Below are positions 13,857-21,598 of a stretch of DNA of 28,017 bases, piece by piece (positions within the stretch are counted from its first letter, which is position 1; each line of letters starts with the position of its first letter). This DNA is from a virus. The notes under the pieces are model-generated. The model was not told where the DNA came from. It did no database searches and saw only the letters and a list, made by a program, of their open reading frames with translations. Location: the UHGV virus genome UHGV-0120697; one strand, written 5' to 3'. The position numbers were made by a program, and so were the translations under genes.

Positions 13857-14886
13857 CATCAAGAAGAGCATAAGAGTTAAAACGGATCACCTCTTCGCCA
13901 AGCCAGTCATTGATGTGCTTCATAGCCTCCATGACGGGCATCAGCTCGTTAATTGCGTAAACCCGCGCTGCCTTCTCCACATCGCCAAACGCACTTTTTT
14001 CGCCCGGCATCGCCCCCATCAGTTGCGGCGGAACGCGGTGCGCAGCCAGCACATCATCACGGGATGCCGCCTTAACATTCATGAATTCATCTTTTGCGGT
14101 GATCTGCTGGAACGGCAAAATTTGCACCCCCTCTTTGCCCCCGTTGGGCGCATGAATGAGCACGTTTTTAAACGCACCACCACCACGTGCCCCCTGTAGC
14201 GTTTCTTTCAGGGAGTCCATGCTTTCGCGGTTTACCTGCGCTGCACCGATGTAGATGATGCACCCGGCGTGGGATCCGTTGTCGTAGTACAGTTTTCTGA
14301 ACATGTCCGCCGAATGAGAAAGGCTGGCCGAGAGTAATGCGCCAAGATATTCCGGCATGCCGTAGATTTCCTGGTTAATATCCGGATTCATCAGGTGGCA
14401 CACTTTGCCAGGACGAAACTGAAACGCGTCCTTGCCATCCTGCACATACCACCATGATTCAAGATCGCTTCCGCGTCGCATGTATTTCGCCAGGGCGTGC
14501 CGTAATTTAAGCGGTTCGCCGAGCATATTGCTTCGAAGCTCAAGGAATGCGTTACCGAACACAAACCAGTCCAGCGCCAGCGCCGAGAAATCCTGCCGGG
14601 AAAGCAGCGGGTGCGGGATGTAGCAACCGAGTAATACATTGCGCTTAAAGTAAAGCGCAGACTGATGCCAGGACGTTTGCCGGGCTGCTCTTGCCAGACC
14701 GTACCAGTCCACCGGGGTTTCATACCACCGCCCGTTATCAGCACAGTACATATTGTCCAGCAGGTCATGCCCGGTCAGGCGATAAGGACCATCAAATGTG
14801 AATGCACTGAGCGATGATTCTTTCCTGAGCGCATCAGCGAGATCAATGCGTGAACTCATGCGCACTTTTTTATTTTTTCTGCTCAT
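13840..14886 (-). CDS. Q: Portal protein, P2 gpQ-like
   Basis: About 348 aa, size and position match P2 gpQ; downstream of and overlapping the terminase gene on the same strand. Confidence 0.9.
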   Translation of the reverse strand: MSRKNKKVRMSSRIDLADALRKESSLSAFTFDGPYRLTGHDLLDNMYCADNGRWYETPVDWYGLARAARQTSWHQSALYFKRNVLLGCYIPHPLLSRQDFSALALDWFVFGNAFLELRSNMLGEPLKLRHALAKYMRRGSDLESWWYVQDGKDAFQFRPGKVCHLMNPDINQEIYGMPEYLGALLSASLSHSADMFRKLYYDNGSHAGCIIYIGAAQVNRESMDSLKETLQGARGGGAFKNVLIHAPNGGKEGVQILPFQQITAKDEFMNVKAASRDDVLAAHRVPPQLMGAMPGEKSAFGDVEKAARVYAINELMPVMEAMKHINDWLGEEVIRFNSYALLDEKTAP

Positions 14887-16637
14887 CAGAACTCCATAAC
14901 TGTGAAACGCTCGTTTTCTCCTTCGCCGCCAATTGGTTCGTTAATGACAGCAAGCATGGTTGCCCACGCAAGGTCGCCGTGGCTGATCCCCCTCGCGCGG
15001 TCCGTTTCGTAAGTGATAAAGCCGCCCGGTGTTTTCACCTTACGCACGGCGTTAAAGGCTGCGACCAGCTCGCGTTCGGCGCGATCGTATTCCCACCGCC
15101 CGGCACGCATTATTTGCAGCATTTTCAGTACCAGCGACCGTTTTGATGACAGCGTGAAGGTGTACGGAATAGCAGCAGGGAAAAACCGTTTCACTATCTG
15201 ATAAACAGCCTCCCCGTTCCCGCCCGTCACATCAATGCCGATGTGTTCCACGTTGTAGCGACACGTGAACTCTTCAATGACTCTGGCCTGTTCTTCAAAC
15301 TCCAGCCCCTGAACGCGTCGCGTCTCCACCGTTCGAAAACGGCCACCAGGAACAGACGGAGGAACCACCACGGACACAGCGCCGCTGTCGCCGTTGCCAC
15401 TGCTGCCGTTTGCGTCATACCCAATCCATACCGGACGATTCCCCATCGGGCGGGGAGCAAAAGGTTTCCAGTCTTTCCAGTCGTCGTATCCGTCAACACC
15501 ACAGCCAATCAGGATATTCAGGTTAAATGCCGATTCCCCTTCGCGGACAAACTCACACATATAGAGATTGAGGAACTCGTCTTCGGTGTTTTCATCACGA
15601 ATTTCATCAATATCGGTGTGTTTCCAGCCGTGATTAACCACATCTTCCAGCGTGACAATTTGCCGCCACGTCCGGTCAGGGCAGATAAGCCCGTTATGCA
15701 GCGTTTTCCAGTCCACAGAAAAACGCTGGCGTTTATGCGTGGCCTTTTTCTCGTTCCAGCGGTCGCCGTTCCAGTAGGCGTATGCCTCGTGCGTTTCGGT
15801 GGATGGCGTGGAGAAGTAGGTGCGCCGCAGTCCGCTGAGGGTTGCCATAGCGCCAGCCACCTTGCGCAGTTCAGCAAAGCGACTGACCCAGAAAAATTCA
15901 TCAAAATAAAAATTGCCCGTATAGGACTGCGCCGACGCAGCAGAAGTGCCGAGAAAATGCAGCTCTGCGCCGTTGGAGAGGATGATTTTATCGCCCCCTT
16001 TCAGCTCCACATCAACTTCAGCCGCGGCCTTCTGAATAATGCTTTTAAACTGGAACGCCTGACGACGCGACGCAGACAAAAAAATCTGGTTACGCTGGTA
16101 AGGTTGCGCCACATCGTCACGCAGCGCCATCAGCAGTGCTTCCTGTGCAAAATACCAGGTCGCGCCAATCTGTCGGGATTTCAGGATCATCCTGTTACGT
16201 ATCCCGGCTTCCCTGCAAAGGGTCAGGGAGTCAAACCAGCCCCGCTGATGCCACTCCAGCCTGCTGATGATTTTTTCCCGCAGTGCGGCAATCTGTTCCG
16301 GCGTGAAATGATTTTTGAGTTTTTTCGCCCGGCCTTTCTTTCCTGTGGCCGTCGCATCCGGCTGGCCATCATGCAGTTTTTTAAGCTGCCGGGTCAGCAG
16401 GTCTATTTCCTTAAAGTCACCGCCTGTTTTATTCTGTTTTTCAGTAAGCTGGATGAGGCGCGCATCGATGGACTGCGTGACACGCTGCACGGGTGGCGTT
16501 TCATCCCACTGGTCGCGTTTTTTCCACGCATAAATCGTGTTCGGGTTTATTCCCATCAGACGTGATATTTCTGCGGGCGGATAACCCTGCCAGTAAAGTT
16601 GCCGCGCACGCTGGCGCACAAAAGCGTCCTGAATCAT
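14886..16637 (-). CDS. P: Terminase large (ATPase) subunit, P2 gpP-like
   Basis: 583 aa; N-terminal HTH-like segment; divergent from the O-N-M-L capsid genes as in P2. Confidence 0.9.
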   Translation of the reverse strand: MIQDAFVRQRARQLYWQGYPPAEISRLMGINPNTIYAWKKRDQWDETPPVQRVTQSIDARLIQLTEKQNKTGGDFKEIDLLTRQLKKLHDGQPDATATGKKGRAKKLKNHFTPEQIAALREKIISRLEWHQRGWFDSLTLCREAGIRNRMILKSRQIGATWYFAQEALLMALRDDVAQPYQRNQIFLSASRRQAFQFKSIIQKAAAEVDVELKGGDKIILSNGAELHFLGTSAASAQSYTGNFYFDEFFWVSRFAELRKVAGAMATLSGLRRTYFSTPSTETHEAYAYWNGDRWNEKKATHKRQRFSVDWKTLHNGLICPDRTWRQIVTLEDVVNHGWKHTDIDEIRDENTEDEFLNLYMCEFVREGESAFNLNILIGCGVDGYDDWKDWKPFAPRPMGNRPVWIGYDANGSSGNGDSGAVSVVVPPSVPGGRFRTVETRRVQGLEFEEQARVIEEFTCRYNVEHIGIDVTGGNGEAVYQIVKRFFPAAIPYTFTLSSKRSLVLKMLQIMRAGRWEYDRAERELVAAFNAVRKVKTPGGFITYETDRARGISHGDLAWATMLAVINEPIGGEGENERFTVMEF

Positions 16638-16791
16638 TGCTCCCCCTGAGTAATTACAGGAAGATTACCCGCGCGCGAAACTGTTCTCCTTAACCCCCTG
16701 TTCTGGCCGTTTTCTTACAACAAAAGCCCTTTGTATCAGCCTGTTACGCTTTGCCATCATGACTGAAGAACCAGTCAGAGGGGCAAAAACT
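16638..16791. promoter_or_regulatory. Divergent late-promoter region between P (leftward) and O (rightward)
   Basis: Positional inference from P2 synteny; a clean TGT-N12-ACA activator dyad was not found by eye. Confidence 0.3.
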
Positions 16792-17628
16792 ATGGCTAAT
16801 GAAAAAAAGACATCCCGCAAAAAGTTTCGCGTGGCTGTCTCCGGATCAACTGTTGATGGCCGTGAAATCAGTCCGGTGCATCTGCGTGAAGCCGCCGAGA
16901 ACTTCAACCCGGATGTTTACGCTGCCCGCGTGAACGTTGAGCACTATCTCTCGCCATGCCCGTCAAGCGAATTTTCCGCAATGGGCGATGTCACCGCACT
17001 GAGTACGGAAGACATTACGGAAGGTCCGCTGGCCGGACGTACTGCGCTGTATGCAGAAATCGAACCGACCGAGCGCATGAAGCAGCTTGTCGCGGACGGC
17101 AAGAAAATCTATTCCAGTATCGAACTGCACCCGCAGTTCTCCGTTAACGGGCGCGCCTATCTGGTCGGGCTGGCGATGACCGACACCCCGGCAAGCCTGG
17201 GCACTGAGCGCCTGAAATTCACGGCACAGCAACGTCAGGCGGTGATGACGTTCAACAGTATCCAGGGTGAAGCGCCGCTTATCTCCGAAGCCATTGAGTC
17301 TGAAATCATCGAAATGGCAGAACAACGCCAGGAAGAAGGCACCCAGTGGGTTAACCGCGTAATGGGGATTATTGGCCGTGGCCGCAAAGCGGATGACGCC
17401 AGTTTTTCCCGTATTCAGGAAGCGGTGGAAGGCGTCGCAACGTCACAGGCCGACATTATCGACCGTTTTAATGTGCTGGAAGCCCGCCATAAGCAGGACC
17501 GTCAGAAAATCACGTCACTGACCACAGAGCTGACAGCACTGAAGGAAAAACTGCGCACGCAGGACGGCGATCCGCAGAACCGCTTCACCGCAACGGGCGC
17601 AGCCTCCGACCAGCTGGCTGACTTCTGA
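16792..17628 (+). CDS. O: Capsid scaffolding protein, P2 gpO-like
   Basis: Starts MANEKKTSRKKFRVAVSGSTVDGREISP..., matching my recollection of the gpO N-terminus; ATG at 16792 with a GAGGGG RBS (track ORF starts 16759). Confidence 0.85.
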   Translation: MANEKKTSRKKFRVAVSGSTVDGREISPVHLREAAENFNPDVYAARVNVEHYLSPCPSSEFSAMGDVTALSTEDITEGPLAGRTALYAEIEPTERMKQLVADGKKIYSSIELHPQFSVNGRAYLVGLAMTDTPASLGTERLKFTAQQRQAVMTFNSIQGEAPLISEAIESEIIEMAEQRQEEGTQWVNRVMGIIGRGRKADDASFSRIQEAVEGVATSQADIIDRFNVLEARHKQDRQKITSLTTELTALKEKLRTQDGDPQNRFTATGAASDQLADF

Positions 17629-17651
17629 TAAGACAAAGGAGCAAATTTTTT

Positions 17652-18704
17652 ATGAATCTGGTGATGTCAGATATTACCCGCAACAAGCTGGGTTGCTATA
17701 TGGCGCAGCAGGCGTCGCTTAACAATATCCCGGTATCTGCACTGGTATCGCGATTTACCGTGGAACCCGCGGTGCAGCAGCGTTTTGAAAACGCCTCAAA
17801 GGAAAGTACCGAATTTACGAAAAGAATTAACGTGATCGGCGTGACCGACCAGAAAGGCGAAAAAATCCTCCTGGACACCACCGGGCCAATTGCGCGCACG
17901 AATAGCAGTTATGACGGCATCAAACGCCGTAACCCGAATAACGTGATCGATATGAAGTCTCGTCAGTACCAGTGCGAACAGGTGAACTACGATACCTTTA
18001 TTTCGTACCCACAGCTTGATACCTGGGCGGCCCACAGCGATTTTCAGTCCCGTATCAGTACACAGATCGCCCGGCAGGTAGCGCTTGATCGCATCATGAT
18101 TGGCTTTAACGGCACATCCCACGCCTACGAGTCTGATTTTCACACCAACAAGCTGCTTCAGGACGTTAACGTGGGCTGGCTGGAGCACATCAGAACCGAT
18201 GCCAGCGAGCGCGTAATGAATGACGTGACGCTGACCTCCCGCAACATGGACAACACTGTGGCGCACGCGGGTAAGTATGCGAATGCCGATGCTCTGGTAC
18301 AGGATGCGCGCTCATCCCTGCTGGATGAATGGCACAAGGAAGCTGACGACCTCGCGGTGATTATGGGGCGCAACCTGTTTAACTCGCTGCGTCTGCCCGT
18401 GCTGAACAGCATCAGCGGCCAGAATCCCAATGCGGAATTACTTGCCGGGCAGCTCATCCTGTCATCGCGCACCATTGGCGGGCTGGGCGTGTTCCTTGCG
18501 CCGTTCTTCCCGGATGCAACGATGCTTATCACCTCGTTCAACAACCTGTCGATTTACTGGCAGAAAGGTTCAATGCGTCGCCTGATGAAAGACGAGCCGG
18601 AATACAACCGCATCGCCACCTACCAGTCCATCAATGACGCTTATGTCGTTGAAGACTATGGCAAGTGCGCGATGATCACTGGCCTGAAGTTCGCCGACAG
18701 CTAA
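17652..18704 (+). CDS. N: Major capsid protein, P2 gpN-like
   Basis: 350 aa; position between scaffold and small terminase; segments recalled as conserved in gpN (FTVEP, GFNG, LQDV.VGWL, VVEDY). Confidence 0.9.
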   Translation: MNLVMSDITRNKLGCYMAQQASLNNIPVSALVSRFTVEPAVQQRFENASKESTEFTKRINVIGVTDQKGEKILLDTTGPIARTNSSYDGIKRRNPNNVIDMKSRQYQCEQVNYDTFISYPQLDTWAAHSDFQSRISTQIARQVALDRIMIGFNGTSHAYESDFHTNKLLQDVNVGWLEHIRTDASERVMNDVTLTSRNMDNTVAHAGKYANADALVQDARSSLLDEWHKEADDLAVIMGRNLFNSLRLPVLNSISGQNPNAELLAGQLILSSRTIGGLGVFLAPFFPDATMLITSFNNLSIYWQKGSMRRLMKDEPEYNRIATYQSINDAYVVEDYGKCAMITGLKFADS

Positions 18705-18713
18705 TCAACTCAC

Positions 18714-18732
18714 GGCGGGCATCATGCCCGCC
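18714..18732 (+). other. Stable hairpin (GGCGGGCA-TCA-TGCCCGCC) immediately after the major capsid gene
   Basis: 8-bp GC-rich stem, no U-tract; likely an mRNA stabiliser or attenuator. Confidence 0.4.
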
Positions 18733-18749
18733 TGTAACGGAGAGAAAAA

Positions 18750-19550
18750 ATGATTACTCCTGCACAACAACACTGGCTGAACGTGATGGCACAGCGCGCA
18801 GGCCGGGCGAATGAAGGTGTGGACCACGCCGCGCGTACCGCGCATGAAGAGGTGCTGTATCGTCTGCGTCTGGCACAGGCCAGGCTAAAGGGCGTACAGG
18901 CCAGAAGCGCGAAAGCCGCCATCAAAAAAGAGTTGTTGCCGGATTTTTCCGGCTGGATTGAGGGAACGCTGGAAGCTGACGGCGGGCAGCAGGATGAAGT
19001 GATTGCCACGCTGATGGTGTGGGCGATTGACTGCGGCGATCTTCCGCTGGCGCTGCGTATTGGTGCATATGTGGTCCGTCACAACCTCATCATGCCGGAT
19101 AACTTTGGCCGTACTGCTGCCACGGTACTGACCGAAGAAATCTGCAACCCGGTACTGACGCAGGCCGGGACGGATGCCGACGCGGATTTATCCGCCTTTA
19201 TCGAACCACTGGACACACTTTGGGAAATTGTCGCCAACCAGGACATGCCGGACGAAGTGCGCGCCAAATTATGCAAGGCGTGTGCCTTTGCCCGTCGTGG
19301 CCTGACCGATGCAGACAACATGGCCTCATCACTGAAGCTGCTGCGCGAAGCGATGCACCTGAACCCGAACGCAGGTGTGAAACGCGAGATTGCAACCCTT
19401 TCCCGCGCCCTGAAAAAAGCCGATTCCGCAGCCGCACCAGAAGACGCCAGCGCACAGCAGACGCAGGACGAAAGCAGCAAAAGTAAAAAGACAACGCAGA
19501 AGCCTGCAACACGAAAAATCACCGCGTCGCAGAAGGCGAAGCGCGGTTAA
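18750..19550 (+). CDS. M: Terminase small/endonuclease subunit, P2 gpM-like
   Basis: 266 aa; order O-N-M; conserved MPDEVRAKL segment; basic Lys/Arg-rich C-terminus. Confidence 0.85.
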   Translation: MITPAQQHWLNVMAQRAGRANEGVDHAARTAHEEVLYRLRLAQARLKGVQARSAKAAIKKELLPDFSGWIEGTLEADGGQQDEVIATLMVWAIDCGDLPLALRIGAYVVRHNLIMPDNFGRTAATVLTEEICNPVLTQAGTDADADLSAFIEPLDTLWEIVANQDMPDEVRAKLCKACAFARRGLTDADNMASSLKLLREAMHLNPNAGVKREIATLSRALKKADSAAAPEDASAQQTQDESSKSKKTTQKPATRKITASQKAKRG

Positions 19551-19565
19551 CGACTGACCCCGTCA

Positions 19566-19640
19566 GCGGGCGGCGTGCGCGGTGTTCCGGTTTGACTCCG
19601 TGACCGTTTACACCGCGCACCCACCGCCCGATTTTTTTTT
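19566..19640 (+). terminator. Long imperfect hairpin (about 18-bp arms) followed by T9 between M and L; terminator or attenuator candidate
   Basis: CGGGCGGCGTGCGCGGTG ... CACCGCGCACCCACCGCCCG then A + T9, read directly. Confidence 0.4.
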
Positions 19641-19654
19641 CAGGAGTGAACTCC

Positions 19655-20149
19655 ATGAGTATGGTTGCCAGAACTGAACCAGGACCCGCAGAGGACGACA
19701 TCACCGATACCGATGATGGCGACACTCGCATTTCAGCAGGTGCATTCTGGCCGGATATTGTGCTGCGCGAGCTGCGTCTGGCGGTACGACTGCCGGGCCG
19801 CGTGACCACCTCCCGCCTGCTGCATACCGCCACTGGGGCCGTGGCTCACGTTACCCGCGAACTGGAAGCGTGGCAGCAGGAACAGCAGGCGGCTGGCCAT
19901 CAGACGCTGGCCGATGTTCCGGCACCCGTAATTAACGGAGAAAGCGTCAATCTCTGGCACTGGCGCAATGCTGTTTATACCGCCACACGTGCCCTGATTC
20001 TGGAGCGTTACCGCGATGCGGACACAACGGACAAGGGCGATCGCCGGGCGGACGCACTGGATATACAGACATCGGATTTGTGGCGCGATGTGAGCTGGGC
20101 CATCTCTGACATTCTGTGCCGCCCGCGAATCTTTGCGGAGTTGTGCTGA
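19655..20149 (+). CDS. L: Head completion/stabilisation protein, P2 gpL-like
   Basis: CAGGAG RBS before the ATG at 19655; order after M; conserved FWPDI and LWRD segments. Confidence 0.8.
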   Translation: MSMVARTEPGPAEDDITDTDDGDTRISAGAFWPDIVLRELRLAVRLPGRVTTSRLLHTATGAVAHVTRELEAWQQEQQAAGHQTLADVPAPVINGESVNLWHWRNAVYTATRALILERYRDADTTDKGDRRADALDIQTSDLWRDVSWAISDILCRPRIFAELC

Positions 20150-20349
20150 TGAAAGTGAAGGCACTGGAAGACGACACCGTGGATTCGCTCTGTTTCCGGT
20201 ACTACGGCACGACGCAGGGCGTCACCGAAAAGGTGCTGGATGCCAACCCCGGACTCTGTCAGCAGGTATTTCTGGACGCCGGGCAGGAAGTGGAGATGCC
20301 GGAGCCGGAGAAGAAGAAACGAGAAATGATTCAGTTGTGGGGGGAGTAG
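20149..20349 (+). CDS. X: Tail protein X, P2 gpX-like
   Basis: 67 aa; start overlaps the L stop; N-terminal ...DTVDSLCFRYYGTTQGVTEKVLDANPGL... matches my recollection of gpX. Confidence 0.75.
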   Translation: MKVKALEDDTVDSLCFRYYGTTQGVTEKVLDANPGLCQQVFLDAGQEVEMPEPEKKKREMIQLWGE

Positions 20350-20351
20350 CA

Positions 20352-20675
20352 GTGAGCACCATTCAAACAGGGATCACAGAGCAGGTTATTGCGTGGCTCT
20401 TTGACCACCTGCCAACGGTTTATGCAGTAGGCGCGGCGGTCAGCATTTCCGCGCTGATGAGTCTTTATGACGGACGAACACTGGTTCAGACCGTAACGGG
20501 ATCGCTGGCGTGCGGCGTTCTTGCCATGGCCGTGGCCGGGTCGTTGCGCTTCTTCGGGTTTCCTGAAGATGCCGTAACGTTTATCGGCGCATCAATCGGT
20601 TTTATGGGGGCAGAGAAAGTACGCGACAAGGTTATTGCGGCCTTTAATCGCAGGGTGAAGGAGAAGGACGAATGA
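20352..20675 (+). CDS. Putative holin
   Basis: GTG at 20352 with a GGGGGAG RBS; small protein with hydrophobic TM segments and a charged C-terminus, directly upstream of the endolysin. Confidence 0.5.
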   Translation: MSTIQTGITEQVIAWLFDHLPTVYAVGAAVSISALMSLYDGRTLVQTVTGSLACGVLAMAVAGSLRFFGFPEDAVTFIGASIGFMGAEKVRDKVIAAFNRRVKEKDE

Positions 20676-21064
20676 GCAACACATTTAAATTCAGCAGCCG
20701 GAGCGAAAAGAATTTGCAGGGCGTAAATCCTGATCTGGTGAAAGTGACCCGACGGGCACTGGAAATTTCGGAAGTGGATTTTGGTATCACCGAAGGATTG
20801 CGCAGTCGTTATCGTCAGAAGCAGCTCGTGACCACAGGCAAGAGCCAGACCATGAACAGTCGCCATCTCACAGGGCATGCCGTGGATGTTGTGGCTTATG
20901 TCGGCAACCAGGTGTCATGGGAATGGCCGCTGTACGAAAAAATCGCAGCAGCATTCAGACAGGCCAGCCAGGAACTGAATATTCCGGTGGAATGGGGCGG
21001 CGACTGGAAGACCCTGAAAGACGGACCGCATTTTCAGTTACCACACGGAGCCTATCCGGCATGA
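20672..21064 (+). CDS. Endolysin, peptidase M15 family (zinc D-Ala-D-Ala carboxypeptidase or L-Ala-D-Glu peptidase type)
   Basis: SRHLTGHAVD and DGPHFQL zinc-ligand-type motifs; ATGA-coupled to the holin; first gene of the lysis block. Confidence 0.75.
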   Translation: MSNTFKFSSRSEKNLQGVNPDLVKVTRRALEISEVDFGITEGLRSRYRQKQLVTTGKSQTMNSRHLTGHAVDVVAYVGNQVSWEWPLYEKIAAAFRQASQELNIPVEWGGDWKTLKDGPHFQLPHGAYPA

Positions 21065-21456
21065 AGCTCTGGCCCACGCTTGGCGTCGCTTTCCTTCTGA
21101 TTACATCCATGCGTCTGTCGTGGTCGCTGGGCCGGGAGAACGCCAGAAACGAAGCGCAGGCCAGCACCCTGAAAAGTACCGTCGACACACTGAATATCAT
21201 CAGCGCCGGGGTACAGGATATGCAGCAGGTGCTGGCTCAGCTCCGCGCGGAAAATCAGCAACGCAATCAGGACGGAGAGGTAAGACGTGAACAGCTACGC
21301 AACGATATTGCAAAAGATGAATGCGCCCACGCTTTGCCTGACGCTCGTTTTACTGACAGGTTGCGCAGGCACGCAGAACGCGCCAGGGCCAGCGCCGTCA
21401 GTCCGGCTTATACCGCAGACGCTGACCATGCCGGTAACGCCTCCCCCCTTCCCTGA
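21061..21456 (+). CDS. i-spanin (Rz/LysB-like)
   Basis: ATGA-coupled to the endolysin; N-terminal TM anchor followed by a charged coiled-coil region. Confidence 0.55.
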   Translation: MKLWPTLGVAFLLITSMRLSWSLGRENARNEAQASTLKSTVDTLNIISAGVQDMQQVLAQLRAENQQRNQDGEVRREQLRNDIAKDECAHALPDARFTDRLRRHAERARASAVSPAYTADADHAGNASPLP

Positions 21457-21598
21457 CCCACCCACATGGGGAAACCTCGGAATATGGGGCGACCGCCTTC
21501 TGGATGCACTGGAAACCTGTAACGCGGATAAACGGGCCATTGCTGAACTGGATAAGAGAATAGCCGAACTGACACACCAGACGGGAGTAACACAATGA
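21317..21598 (+). CDS. o-spanin (Rz1/LysC-like outer-membrane lipoprotein) in the +1 frame, overlapping the i-spanin
   Basis: Signal peptide with lipobox LLTGC and a Pro-rich mature region; starts inside the i-spanin gene and runs past it. Confidence 0.55.
   Translation: MNAPTLCLTLVLLTGCAGTQNAPGPAPSVRLIPQTLTMPVTPPPFPDPPTWGNLGIWGDRLLDALETCNADKRAIAELDKRIAELTHQTGVTQ

Noticed and set aside
15243-16565. 440-aa ORF on the plus strand
   Set aside because: Lies entirely antisense within the terminase large-subunit gene (14886-16637, minus); Arg/Pro-rich, low-complexity translation.
16638-16791. Ogr-type late-activator dyad (TGT-N12-ACA) in the P/O divergent promoter region
   Set aside because: Only off-spacing or inverted approximations (for example ACA-N12-TGT) were found by eye; the region is kept only as a positional inference.
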